Positions 1 through 9,388 of a DNA stretch of 64,000 nt are shown here, piece by piece. The notes under the pieces were generated by a model. It was not told where the DNA came from and did no database searches. It saw nothing but the letters and a program-made list of their open reading frames with translations. A program made the position numbers and the translations under genes. This stretch comes from Cetobacterium sp. (lineage in GTDB: Bacteria > Fusobacteriota > Fusobacteriia > Fusobacteriales > Fusobacteriaceae): assembly GCA_036667395.1 (NCBI GenBank), contig JAVWUC010000005.1, forward strand, positions 1,870-65,869, read 5' to 3'. How positions within the stretch are numbered: the first letter of the stretch is position 1; each line of letters opens with the position of its first letter.

Positions 1-11
1 CATTTCTTAAA

Positions 12-737
12 TTATAAAGCTAATCCACCACTAACTTCGATAGTTTGCCCAGTTATATAAGAAGATTCATCACTTGCTAAAAATAAAACAGCATTTGCAA
101 TATCTTCAGGCATACCTAATTTTCCTAGAGATGTTCTATCAAGCATACCTTGAATAACATCCTCAGGTAAAATATCAGTCATTGGAGTAGAGATAAATCC
201 TGGTGCTACACAGTTCGCTCTAACTTGAGCTCCTTTTCTAGCTAATTCTTTAGACCAAGTTTTTGTCATAGCAATAACTCCACCTTTAGTAGCTGAATAG
301 TTAGCTTGTCCTATATTTCCATATAGTCCTACAACAGATGAAATTGTAACTATTGATCCTTTTTTATTTTTTGTCATTAAAGGTGCAACAGCTTGAGTAA
401 CATTAAAAACACCTTTTAAATTAACATTAATTACGGCATCCCAAGCCTCTTCGCTCATTCTAACGAAAGGACCATCTTTTGTTATTCCAGCGTTGTTAAC
501 TAGAATATCAATTCTTCCAAACTCATCTTTTATTTTTTTTACAAGCTCTTTAATAGCTTCTCTATCTGTTACATTTAAAATTTCGTGTCTAACATTTGTT
601 TGTTCAAAAGTTGCCTCTCCCATATCACAAGAGATAACTAGTTCAGCACCTTCAGAAGCTAGTTTTTCAACTATAGTTCTTCCTATTCCTCTAGCCCCAC
701 CAGTAACTAAGGCAATTTTACCTTCTATTCTATTCAT
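12..737 (-). CDS. fabG: 3-oxoacyl-[acyl-carrier-protein] reductase (classical SDR)
   Basis: N-terminal TGGARGIG Rossmann motif, NNAGI, and YSATKGG catalytic Tyr/Lys. Full-length resemblance to E. coli FabG, including the C-terminal ITGQTIEVSGG. I place the start at the second Met (MNRIEGK) because AGGAGG lies 7 nt upstream. The track ORF extends to 767. Confidence 0.85.
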   Translation of the reverse strand: MNRIEGKIALVTGGARGIGRTIVEKLASEGAELVISCDMGEATFEQTNVRHEILNVTDREAIKELVKKIKDEFGRIDILVNNAGITKDGPFVRMSEEAWDAVINVNLKGVFNVTQAVAPLMTKNKKGSIVTISSVVGLYGNIGQANYSATKGGVIAMTKTWSKELARKGAQVRANCVAPGFISTPMTDILPEDVIQGMLDRTSLGKLGMPEDIANAVLFLASDESSYITGQTIEVSGGLAL

Positions 738-815
738 AATAGACCTCCTATAAAATACATGTGTCATTTAATAGTATAATCATTTCACAAAAAAGTCAAT
801 AAATTATTTTGAAGA

Positions 816-2405
816 TCAATGAACTGTTCCCATTTTGAATAGTTCCTCATTGATTTTACTAGCTTGTTTTTTAGGAAGTAACAGAACTAAAACATCGCCA
901 GCTAAAATTTTTGTATTTCCTTTTGGAATGTATTCCGTTTCGGCTCTTCTAATTGCAACAACAAGAGTATTTTTTGGCCAGCTAATATCTTTAATAAGTT
1001 TTTCATCAAATTCAGATTCAGCAGCAACAGGAATACAGATGAGTGTTTTTTCTAACTGCTCATGCTTTTCCTCTTCTAAGTCATCTTCAGTTTTAAATTT
1101 AGGCATTCTTTCATAAAGAATCTCATATATAGGTTCAAGCTTTAAAAGCTCAGTAACATAATAAGCAACGATTGAAACAGTTGCAATAGCTAGTAGATGA
1201 TCAAAACTACCAGTCATTTCAAGTATAAGTATAACTCCAGTAATAGGGGCTCTAACAACAGCTACAAAGTAACCAGCCATTCCTAATATCATGTAATGAA
1301 TTATAAAGTCTGGAGTGAAACCAAATATAGAGATTAAAGCAAGTCCATAAATTTTACCTAAAATAGCTCCAAGAACTAACATTGGAAGGAAAATACCACC
1401 TTGAAATCCGGTAGCATAAGATATAGTGGTAAAAAATAACTTGATAAAAAACATAAATATTAAAAATAAAATAGTTTGATTTTTAAAAGGTAATGTTTCA
1501 ACAAGATGATGTCCACCACCGGCCATATCAGGCATAACAAAACATATGATAAAAGATAGTGTCATAATAGAAGAAATTTTAACTACCCTTGGCAATTTTG
1601 TATTTTTAAAAATATCTTGTGATTTAATTAGTGAAACAGTAAAAAGCTTTCCAAAAAATGCTAAAATAATTCCAAATATTATGAATAAAGTAAATTGTAA
1701 ATATGGATTTGTATTAGCAGGATACTTTGTTGCTAAACTAAATGCAGGATTCATATCAAATATTCTTCTAGATATAAAGTTAGAGAAAATACTTGCTAAA
1801 AAAGTACAAACAATTAATTTAGATGAAAAGAAACGATGTAACTCTTCCATACTGAATATAACTCCAGATAGAGGGGCTCCAAAAGCTCCAGAAAGTCCGG
1901 CACTAGATCCAGCAGTTACAAGATATTTGTTATCAGTATAATTTCTTTTAAAAAGTTTAGAACATCCATATCCAAGGTAAGAACCTAACTGTACAGATGG
2001 ACCTTCTCTTCCTAAAGATAAACCAGCTCCAATCCCCAATAATCCACCAAAGAATTTAACCCCAAATTCTTTTACCCAAAATAGATAGTCCAGTTTTCTT
2101 AGAATAAGTGCTTTAACTTGAGGAATACCACTTCCTCCAGTTGTAGGAAATTTTCGAGATAAATAATCAACAAAAATACCTATAGCTATAAATATAGACC
2201 AAATAAAAAATAGTTTCAAAGGATTAGAAAGAACATCTTTTGTCAAAAAGTGATCTCTTAGATCCCCAGCCAAATTTAAACCATATCTATAAATAGAGAC
2301 AGTTATACCAGTTGTAATACCAACTAGAATTGAAAGGGCATATAAACCTTTGTTTCCTTTATGAAGGAGTTCGACGTGATTTTTGATTTCTCTTTCTTTG
2401 TTCAT
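816..2405 (-). CDS. ClC family voltage-gated chloride channel / H+:Cl- antiporter with a C-terminal TrkA-C (RCK_C) domain
   Basis: ClC selectivity motifs GSGIPQ, GREGP and GAPLSGVIF in a polytopic membrane protein. The soluble C-terminal ~80 aa tail resembles TrkA_C. GGGAG RBS upstream of the ATG. Confidence 0.85.
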   Translation of the reverse strand: MNKEREIKNHVELLHKGNKGLYALSILVGITTGITVSIYRYGLNLAGDLRDHFLTKDVLSNPLKLFFIWSIFIAIGIFVDYLSRKFPTTGGSGIPQVKALILRKLDYLFWVKEFGVKFFGGLLGIGAGLSLGREGPSVQLGSYLGYGCSKLFKRNYTDNKYLVTAGSSAGLSGAFGAPLSGVIFSMEELHRFFSSKLIVCTFLASIFSNFISRRIFDMNPAFSLATKYPANTNPYLQFTLFIIFGIILAFFGKLFTVSLIKSQDIFKNTKLPRVVKISSIMTLSFIICFVMPDMAGGGHHLVETLPFKNQTILFLIFMFFIKLFFTTISYATGFQGGIFLPMLVLGAILGKIYGLALISIFGFTPDFIIHYMILGMAGYFVAVVRAPITGVILILEMTGSFDHLLAIATVSIVAYYVTELLKLEPIYEILYERMPKFKTEDDLEEEKHEQLEKTLICIPVAAESEFDEKLIKDISWPKNTLVVAIRRAETEYIPKGNTKILAGDVLVLLLPKKQASKINEELFKMGTVH

Positions 2406-2507
2406 AAAATCTCCCTGTTTATTATGTTGAGTATTAAAATAACACCAAGAGAAATACTAACACAAAACATATTAAAAGTAAAGTCTAATCAAACAAATTA
2501 CAAGCAC

Positions 2508-2536
2508 TTGCTTTAAATGGAACAATGAGGTAAAAT
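2508..2536 (+). promoter_or_regulatory. Sigma70-like promoter for dapF (TTGCTT-17 nt-TAAAAT)
   Basis: TTGCTT at 2508-2513 and TAAAAT at 2531-2536 with a 17-nt spacer, in the divergent intergenic region. Read by eye only. Confidence 0.5.
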
Positions 2537-2577
2537 ATAGAGTAATAGGATAACTATTTATTAATGAGGTGATTAGT

Positions 2578-3411
2578 TTGAAATTTAATAAAATGCAAGG
2601 TGCAGGAAATGATTTTATATTGTTTGATGGCATAAAAAATAGCTATAAGGATTATTCTAAGATGGCAAAAGTACTTTGTGATAGACGTTATGGAGTAGGT
2701 GGAGATGGAATAATGATTGCAGAGCCTAGTCAAATAGCTGATATAAAGATGGTTTACTATAACTCTGATGGGTCTATGGGTGAGATGTGTGGTAATGGAA
2801 TCAGATGTTTTTCAAAATTTGTTTATGAGGAAAAATTAGTAGACAAAAAAGAATTGAAAATAGAAACAGGAGATGGGATAAAAATAGCGTATTTAAATAT
2901 AGAGAATGAAAAAGTTATGGATGTGACTATATTTATGGGAAAAGCTAGATTAAACCCAAAAGAGATACCAGTTACTATAGAAAAAGAAGTTATTTTAAAT
3001 GAAAAAATAAAAGTTTTAAATAAAGAATTACTATTTTCGGCAGTATTGGTAGGAGTTCCACATGCAGTAATAATATGTGAGGATTTGGAAGAATTTGAAG
3101 TTAATAAGTTTGGAGAAGAAATAGAAAAGATGAGTATTTTTCCAAATAAAATAAATGTAAATTTTATTGAGGTGATAGACAGAAGTAATATAAGTATTAA
3201 AACTTGGGAGAGAGGTGCTGGTAGAACATTAGCATGTGGAACAGGATCTTGTTCATCAGTATTTATAGCCAATTTATTAGGATTGGTAGAAAAAAAAGTT
3301 AATGTAGAAACAGAGGGTGGAATTTTAAAAATCCAACTGAAAGCCAACGATGAAATATTCATGACAGGAATGGCAGAAACTACATTTAAAGGAGAGGTTA
3401 TATGGGAATAA
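2578..3411 (+). CDS. dapF: Diaminopimelate epimerase
   Basis: KMQGAGNDFILFD N-terminus and both catalytic Cys motifs (CGNGIRC and ACGTGSCS). The start is probably TTG at 2578 (giving MKFNKMQGAGNDF, like E. coli MQFSKMHGLGNDF), which follows GAGGTG. The track ORF starts at GTG 2569. Confidence 0.9.
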   Translation: MKFNKMQGAGNDFILFDGIKNSYKDYSKMAKVLCDRRYGVGGDGIMIAEPSQIADIKMVYYNSDGSMGEMCGNGIRCFSKFVYEEKLVDKKELKIETGDGIKIAYLNIENEKVMDVTIFMGKARLNPKEIPVTIEKEVILNEKIKVLNKELLFSAVLVGVPHAVIICEDLEEFEVNKFGEEIEKMSIFPNKINVNFIEVIDRSNISIKTWERGAGRTLACGTGSCSSVFIANLLGLVEKKVNVETEGGILKIQLKANDEIFMTGMAETTFKGEVIWE

Positions 3412-4706
3412 CAGGAAAATTAATATCAATACTTTGTTTGATTTTAATAAGTGCGTTTTTTTCAATGGCGGAGATATCTTTAGCCGGGGCGAGAAAAATA
3501 AAATTACAACTTTTAGTTGATGAGGGAAATGAGAAAGCAAGAAAAGTTTTAGACTTGCAGAATAATCCAGGGAATTTTTTTACAACAGTACAAATAGGGT
3601 TAAATATAGTTGCAATCTTAGCCGGTATAATTGGAGATGGAATTTTAACACCATTTTTAAGTAATTATATAACTAACTCAACATTGAGCTTTCTAATATC
3701 TTTTGCTTTTGTAACAGGAGCTTTTATAGAGTTTGCAGATTTAATACCAAAAAGATTAGCGATGGTTTATCCAGAAACGATAGCCATAGCATTAGTTAAT
3801 TCTATGGGTGTAACTATAAAGTTTTTAACACCGATTGTTTTTGTCTTTAGTGGAATAGCTAATTTAGTATTTAAGATTTTTAATACTCCAAGTTCAAGAG
3901 AAGATATGATAACACATGATGATATATTTGCTATGGTGGATGCAGGAGCTGAAGCCGGAGTAGTACATACAAAGGAACATCATTTAATTGAGAACGTATT
4001 TGAGCTTGAACAGAGATGGGTTTCTTCTGCTATGACAACGAGAGATGAAATTGTTTATTTTACTCTTGAAGAAACTGAAGAAAGTATAAAACAAAAAATA
4101 GCGGAATATCCTCACTCAAAGTTTTTAGTTTGTGAAAGTGATATAGATTCAATATATGGATACGTAGGATCAAAAGATATTCTTCCAAGAATTTTAAAGG
4201 GAGAGTTAAGTGGTCTTCAAAATATAAAAGAGATAACAATTAGAAATATATTGATAATTCCAAATACATTAACTTTATCAGACATGTTAGATAGATTTAA
4301 TGAGGCAAGAGAAGACTTTGCAGTTATATTGAATGAATATGCGCATGTTGTCGGAGTAATAACTTTAAATGACGTTGTATCAACTTTAATGGGGGATGTT
4401 GTTTATCCTATGCAAGAGGAATATATAATAAAAAGAGGAGAGGGATCTTGGCTTATAGATGGAGTTACAGCAGTAGAAGATGTAAAAAAAGTTCTTGAAA
4501 TTGAATCCTTCCCTGAAGAGGATAGTTATGAAACAATAGCTGGATTTATGATGTATATGTTGAAGAGTATTCCAAAAAAAGGTGCTTTTATAGAATATGA
4601 TAATTATAGTTTTGAAGTAGTAGATGTAGACAATTTTAAGATAGATCAATTACTTGTTATAAAAAAAGAGAGACAAGAGAACGAAGTCGATGAGGATGAA
4701 AAATAA
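3402..4706 (+). CDS. CNNM/CorC-type 'hemolysin family' membrane protein (DUF21 + CBS pair + CorC_HlyC)
   Basis: N-terminal 4-TM DUF21 region, central CBS-pair-like region and a C-terminal CorC/HlyC-like transporter-associated region. Overlaps the dapF stop by 10 nt, with a GGAGAGG RBS. Confidence 0.8.
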   Translation: MGITGKLISILCLILISAFFSMAEISLAGARKIKLQLLVDEGNEKARKVLDLQNNPGNFFTTVQIGLNIVAILAGIIGDGILTPFLSNYITNSTLSFLISFAFVTGAFIEFADLIPKRLAMVYPETIAIALVNSMGVTIKFLTPIVFVFSGIANLVFKIFNTPSSREDMITHDDIFAMVDAGAEAGVVHTKEHHLIENVFELEQRWVSSAMTTRDEIVYFTLEETEESIKQKIAEYPHSKFLVCESDIDSIYGYVGSKDILPRILKGELSGLQNIKEITIRNILIIPNTLTLSDMLDRFNEAREDFAVILNEYAHVVGVITLNDVVSTLMGDVVYPMQEEYIIKRGEGSWLIDGVTAVEDVKKVLEIESFPEEDSYETIAGFMMYMLKSIPKKGAFIEYDNYSFEVVDVDNFKIDQLLVIKKERQENEVDEDEK

Positions 4707-4737
4707 AAAAGGGTTAGCTAAAAGCTAACCCTTTTTT
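4705..4737. terminator. Bidirectional intrinsic terminator between convergent genes
   Basis: GGGTTAGC / GCTAACCC stem (4711-4718 and 4724-4731), flanked by an A-run upstream and a T-run downstream. Confidence 0.8.
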
Positions 4738-4738
4738 A

Positions 4739-5914
4739 TTATCTTGTTATATTTTGTTCTTTAGCAATTCTTTTTACTTCATCAGCAACAACAGTAGCTA
4801 CTCTTGAATCAAAAGCATTAGGGATAACATATTCTGAATTTAACTCCTCATCAGAAACTAATTTGGCAATACCAACAGCCGCCGCGATTTTCATCTCTTC
4901 TGTTATTTTTTTAGCCTTAGCATCTAAAGCACCTCTAAAGATACCTGGGAAAGCTAAAACATTATTAACTTGATTTGGATAGTCAGATCTTCCAGTACCT
5001 ACAATTTTTGCTCCACCAGCAATAGCATCTTCAGGCATGATTTCAGGGCTAGGATTAGCCATAGCAAATACAATAGCATCTGAATTCATAGTTTTAACCA
5101 TATCTACTGAAAGGATATTAGCTGCAGAAACACCAATAAATACGTCTCTACCTTTAACGGCCTCAGCAAGTCCACCTTTGATGTTTTCTGGATTTGTGAT
5201 TTCAGCAATTTCAGCTTTTAAGAAATTATAGTTTTCTTTATCATCTTTATTTATGATTCCATCAATATCATTTACAACGATATCTTTAGCACCCATTTTG
5301 ATAAGTAGTTTAATGATAGAACTTCCTGCAGCTCCAGCACCACTCACTATAAATTTAGCTGTTTCAAAAGATTTATTAACAAGTTTAAATGAGTTGATAA
5401 GTGCAGCAACAACAACTATTGCAGTTCCATGTTGATCATCGTGGAAAACAGGAATATCAAGTTCATTTTTTAGTCTCGTTTCAATTTCTACGCATCTAGG
5501 AGCAGAAATATCTTCTAAGTTTATTCCTCCGAAACCAGGAGCAATCAATTTAACTGCTTTTATAATCTCTTCAGTATCTTGTGTATCTAAGCATATTGGG
5601 AAAGCATCAACATTTGCAAACTCTTTAAAAAGTATAGCTTTACCTTCCATTACAGGAAGAGCAGCTTCAGGGCCTATATTTCCAAGACCTAAAACAGCAG
5701 AACCATCAGTGATAACAGCTACCATATTTCCTTTAGATGTGTATTTATAAACGTTTTCAACATTTTCTTTAATAGCTAAACAAGGAGCTGCTACTCCAGG
5801 AGAATAAGCTAGGCTTAAATCCTCTTTATTTTTAACAGCAACTTTTGAGATAACCTCAATTTTACCTAAATGAGTTTCGTGCAATTCTAATGATTTTTCA
5901 AAAACTGTAGACAT
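4739..5914 (-). CDS. NAD(P)-dependent malic enzyme (short form, oxaloacetate-decarboxylating malate dehydrogenase)
   Basis: 391 aa with the malic-enzyme N-terminal and NAD-binding domains: SLAYSPGVAAPC, GLGNIGP, GGINLEDISAPRC, VSGAGAAG, ANPSPEI. Same length class as the bacterial short malic enzymes. Confidence 0.9.
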   Translation of the reverse strand: MSTVFEKSLELHETHLGKIEVISKVAVKNKEDLSLAYSPGVAAPCLAIKENVENVYKYTSKGNMVAVITDGSAVLGLGNIGPEAALPVMEGKAILFKEFANVDAFPICLDTQDTEEIIKAVKLIAPGFGGINLEDISAPRCVEIETRLKNELDIPVFHDDQHGTAIVVVAALINSFKLVNKSFETAKFIVSGAGAAGSSIIKLLIKMGAKDIVVNDIDGIINKDDKENYNFLKAEIAEITNPENIKGGLAEAVKGRDVFIGVSAANILSVDMVKTMNSDAIVFAMANPSPEIMPEDAIAGGAKIVGTGRSDYPNQVNNVLAFPGIFRGALDAKAKKITEEMKIAAAVGIAKLVSDEELNSEYVIPNAFDSRVATVVADEVKRIAKEQNITR

Positions 5915-5939
5915 AATATCTTACCCCTTTAAATTTATT

Positions 5940-6482
5940 TTATTTTGAGCTATTTCTAGCAATCTCATAAAGGTCGTTTCCATTGCAATCGTTAATAACA
6001 ATAGCAGGGAAGTCAACAACCTCTAATCTTCTTATAGCTTCAGCACCTAAATCTTCATAAGCAATAATCTCACTACTTTTTACAGATTTAGCGATAAGAG
6101 CAGCAGCTCCACCTACAGCTGCAAAGTAAACAGCGTGGTTTTTAACGATAGATTCTTTAACTTTAGAGTCTCTAGCACCTTTACCAATCATACCTTTCAA
6201 TCCTTGGTCTAAAATAGCAGGAGAGTAAGAGTCCATTCTATAACTTGTAGTAGGACCACAACTTCCAATAGGTTGACCAGGTTTTGCAGGTGTAGGACCA
6301 GCATAATAAATGATTTGACCTTTTACATCAAAAGGAAGTTCTTTTCCTTCTTCTAAAAGTTTTACAAGTCTAGCATGAGCAGCATCTCTAGCAGTGTATA
6401 TAACACCAGTTATAGTTACGGCATCTCCTGACTTTAAATTTTTTATATCTTCATCTCTCAATGGAGTAGTTAATTTGATCAT
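5940..6482 (-). CDS. Class I (Fe-S) fumarate hydratase beta subunit, or L(+)-tartrate dehydratase beta
   Basis: 180 aa Fe-S hydro-lyase beta-type domain (GVIYTARDAAH, GPTTSYRMD, GKG). ATGA overlap with the alpha subunit gene. Confidence 0.8.
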   Translation of the reverse strand: MIKLTTPLRDEDIKNLKSGDAVTITGVIYTARDAAHARLVKLLEEGKELPFDVKGQIIYYAGPTPAKPGQPIGSCGPTTSYRMDSYSPAILDQGLKGMIGKGARDSKVKESIVKNHAVYFAAVGGAAALIAKSVKSSEIIAYEDLGAEAIRRLEVVDFPAIVINDCNGNDLYEIARNSSK

Positions 6483-7321
6483 AATGTAACCTCCTTGTGT
6501 CTAGCAGCATGGCAGTTTAAATTAATAGCAACAGGTAATGAAGCGAAGTGACAAGCTTGAGTTTCAACTTTAACAGCAAGAGCTGTAGTTGTTCCTCCAA
6601 GACCTTGTGGACCTACATTAGTATTGTTTACTAATTCTAAAAGTTCAGCTTCTAAAGCAGCAGCAATAGGATCTGGGTTAACATCGTTAATCTCTCTTAA
6701 AAGAGATTCTTTTGCAAGTTCAGCACATCTTTCAAAGTTTCCACCAATTCCTACACCAACAACGATAGGAGGGCAAGGGTTTCCACCAGCATTTTTAATT
6801 GTATCAACAACAAACTCTTTAATTGCTTTAACTCCATCGGCAGGTTTAAACATTTTTAAAGCACTCATGTTTTCAGAACCTCCACCTTTAGGTGCAACAA
6901 TTATTTTAACTTTATCAGATCCTGGAACAAGTTTTGTATGGATAACAGCAGGAGTATTATCTTGAGTGTTAACTCTATCTAAAGGATGTCTGATAACAGA
7001 TTTTCTTAGATATCCATCTTTATACCCCTTTGCAACTCCAGCATTAACAGCAGCGTAGATATCCCCATCAATCTTCACTTCAGTTCCAATTTCTAAAAAT
7101 ACAACAACAAGTCCAGTGTCTTGACACATAGGAACATTATCATTTGCAGCGATCTCATCATTTTCAATGATTTGACCTAAAATAACCTTTCCTAACTCGC
7201 TTGTTTCTGTTTTTTGACACTCTTTGATTTTGTTTAAAACGTCGCTACCAATAAAGTAGTTAGCTTCAATACAAAGTCTAGCTACTTCGTTAGTAACTAA
7301 ATTTAAATCTAATACTCTCAT
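6479..7321 (-). CDS. Class I (Fe-S) fumarate hydratase alpha subunit, or L(+)-tartrate dehydratase alpha
   Basis: 280 aa Fe-S hydro-lyase alpha-type catalytic domain (PMCQDTG, GGGSEN, PCPP). AGGAGGAG RBS. Confidence 0.8.
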   Translation of the reverse strand: MRVLDLNLVTNEVARLCIEANYFIGSDVLNKIKECQKTETSELGKVILGQIIENDEIAANDNVPMCQDTGLVVVFLEIGTEVKIDGDIYAAVNAGVAKGYKDGYLRKSVIRHPLDRVNTQDNTPAVIHTKLVPGSDKVKIIVAPKGGGSENMSALKMFKPADGVKAIKEFVVDTIKNAGGNPCPPIVVGVGIGGNFERCAELAKESLLREINDVNPDPIAAALEAELLELVNNTNVGPQGLGGTTTALAVKVETQACHFASLPVAINLNCHAARHKEVTL

Positions 7322-7414
7322 TTTCTCCTCCTTAAAAATCCGTGTAATGCTTTTTTTATTTTAGTAAGAAAGGTGCCATCTTTATATTAATACAAAGAGG
7401 CACCTTCTTAAAAA

Positions 7415-7912
7415 TTACTTTTTGATTTTAACTCTCATTAAAAGGTCTCCTACTTTAACATCGCCTGAAGCAACAACTTCGATAGCTTCAACAATGTCCA
7501 TATTAGCTATGATAACAGGAGTCTTAGTAGATTTAGCATGTTCTTTGATGTAAGCTAAATCATATTTAATAAGTTCATCTTTAACCTCAACATTTGATCC
7601 TGGCTCAGCAATTCTAGTGAATCCTTCACCATTTAATTTTACTGTGTCAATTCCAAAGTGAACGATTAGTTCAAGTCCATTAGAAACCTCAAAACTAACA
7701 GCGTGGTTAGTTGCAAAAATATCAATTTCTCCAGCAACAGGTGCGCATACTGAACCTTCAGTAGGATCAATTCCACATCCATCTCCTATCATTTTTTGTG
7801 AAAAAGCGTCGTCTGGTATTTCGCTTAAAGGAATAACCTTTCCGTTTAGTGGTGAATAGATATTGAACCACTCATCCTCTTTTTTCTTTTTAAAGAAATC
7901 AAATAATCCCAT
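7415..7912 (-). CDS. crr: PTS glucose-family EIIA component (Crr-like), stand-alone
   Basis: Starts MGLFDFFKKKK, like E. coli Crr (MGLFDKLK). Has an EIIA-Glc core with two conserved His regions (TNHAVSF and HFGIDTV). The ATG at 7912 is 8 nt after AAGGAG. The track ORF begins two codons earlier at TTG. Confidence 0.85.
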   Translation of the reverse strand: MGLFDFFKKKKEDEWFNIYSPLNGKVIPLSEIPDDAFSQKMIGDGCGIDPTEGSVCAPVAGEIDIFATNHAVSFEVSNGLELIVHFGIDTVKLNGEGFTRIAEPGSNVEVKDELIKYDLAYIKEHAKSTKTPVIIANMDIVEAIEVVASGDVKVGDLLMRVKIKK

Positions 7913-8061
7913 AGTCAAATCTCCTTTCGAATTGGAATGCGAAATATATGTAATATTATTTCACATTTAGTTCATTAAATCAATAATATTTTTTAAAAAA
8001 AGCATACAAAGAATAAAAGGAAACTCCCTGTACTATAAATAAATTATATCATAGAAAAGAA

Positions 8062-9084
8062 TTATTTTCCTAATAATTCTTTAATTTTTTTTATGAAATT
8101 ATTTACATCCTCTTTTGTACTATCAAAAGAGGTAACAAGCCTCACTTCATGCTTATTTTCATTCCATATATAGAAGTGATAGTGCTCTTGTAAAGATGGT
8201 ATAATTTCAGGAGGAAGAATAGCAAAAACAGCATTAGCTAAAACCTCATTAGTTATAGGAATATTGATAGAAATTAACTCTTTTTCTAAATATTTAGCAA
8301 TATCATTTGCATTTTTAGCACATTCAAACCATAAGTTTTCTTTTACATATGGTATAAATTGAGCAGATAGAAATCTCATTTTAGAATAGAGTTGAAGATT
8401 TTGTTTTCTTATCCAATCGAAATTTTTAGCTAGTTCTTTATTAAAAAATATAATAGCTTCTCCAAACATTAGACCATTTTTTGTTCCACCAAAAGATAAA
8501 ACATCAACACCTAAATCTCCAGTCATCTCTTTAAATGAGCATTCTAAAGCCACAGCGGCATTAGAAATTCTAGCTCCATCCATATGGAGAAACATATTGT
8601 GTTTTTTAGCAAATTTAGAAACTGCTTGAATCTCTTCTAAAGTATAGATAGTTCCAGATTCAGTTGTTTGACTAATAGAGATAATATCAGCATTAGGTTT
8701 GTGAAAATTATTCTTAAAAGTTAGCCATTTTTCAGCAGCATTTAAATCTAATTTACCATCGTTACTTGGAACAGTTAGTAGTTGCATACCAGTTATTTTA
8801 GAAGGAGCACCAGTTTCGTCTTGAACAATATGAGCATTCTCTGGGCAAATAACTGCAGATGCTTTGTTTTTAAGACCTTCTAGAGATAGAACGTTAGCAC
8901 CTGTTCCATTAAAAACGAAGAAAACTTCTACATCTCCAAAGATTTTTTTTATTTCTTCAATAGCTTCTTTTGTTACATCATCAGAGCCATAAGCTGAAAC
9001 ATGCCCAAGGTTAACTTCTGATATTTTTTCTAAAATTCTAGGATGGACACCACTATAATTATCACTTGCAAAAGATTTTTTCAT
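8062..9084 (-). CDS. ltaE: Low-specificity L-threonine aldolase (PLP-dependent beta-eliminating lyase family)
   Basis: FASDNYSGVHP N-terminus, and GGTKNG containing the PLP lysine. Length and layout are typical of the threonine aldolase family. AGGAGG RBS. Confidence 0.8.
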   Translation of the reverse strand: MKKSFASDNYSGVHPRILEKISEVNLGHVSAYGSDDVTKEAIEEIKKIFGDVEVFFVFNGTGANVLSLEGLKNKASAVICPENAHIVQDETGAPSKITGMQLLTVPSNDGKLDLNAAEKWLTFKNNFHKPNADIISISQTTESGTIYTLEEIQAVSKFAKKHNMFLHMDGARISNAAVALECSFKEMTGDLGVDVLSFGGTKNGLMFGEAIIFFNKELAKNFDWIRKQNLQLYSKMRFLSAQFIPYVKENLWFECAKNANDIAKYLEKELISINIPITNEVLANAVFAILPPEIIPSLQEHYHFYIWNENKHEVRLVTSFDSTKEDVNNFIKKIKELLGK

Positions 9085-9167
9085 AAATATTTCCTCCTGT
9101 TATTAAATTTGTAACTAACACCATTATATTTTTTTTGTTTATAAAAAGCAAAAAAAATTAAAAACAC

Positions 9168-9197
9168 TTGACAAAAGAGGATAAGATAAACTAATAT
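9168..9197 (+). promoter_or_regulatory. Sigma70-like promoter driving the riboswitch leader (TTGACA-18 nt-TAATAT)
   Basis: Perfect -35 TTGACA at 9168-9173 and TAATAT at 9192-9197, about 25 nt upstream of the aptamer. Confidence 0.6.
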
Positions 9198-9219
9198 TAA
9201 AGCAAAGAACGAAGAGAAT

Positions 9220-9285
9220 TACCATATATACTCCAAATACGGTGGAGAGTTTCTACGAGCTACCTTAAATAGCTCTCTATGGGTC
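9220..9285 (+). promoter_or_regulatory. Purine riboswitch aptamer, guanine/hypoxanthine class (C at the specificity position)
   Basis: Three-way junction read by eye. P1 is CCAUA/UAUGG. P2 is CUCCA-AAUACGG-UGGAG. J2-3 AGUUUCUAC is identical to the B. subtilis xpt consensus. P3 is GAGCUA-CCUUAAA-UAGCUC. J3-1 is UC, with C9277 in the position of C74. It lies in the 5' leader of a purine permease gene. Confidence 0.85.
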
Positions 9286-9314
9286 ATAGCTTATTTTTTG
9301 TTTAAGCTTTTTCT

Positions 9315-9342
9315 GGCCTATATTTAAATATAGGCCTTTTTT
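9315..9342 (+). terminator. Intrinsic terminator forming the riboswitch expression platform
   Basis: GGCCTATATTT / AAATATAGGCC perfect palindromic stem (9315-9336) followed by TTTTTT. It lies between the aptamer and the permease RBS, and no upstream plus-strand gene exists for it to terminate. Confidence 0.75.
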
Positions 9343-9388
9343 ATTTATTAGGACAAATAAAAAATTTAAATAAATTCAGGAGGAAAAA

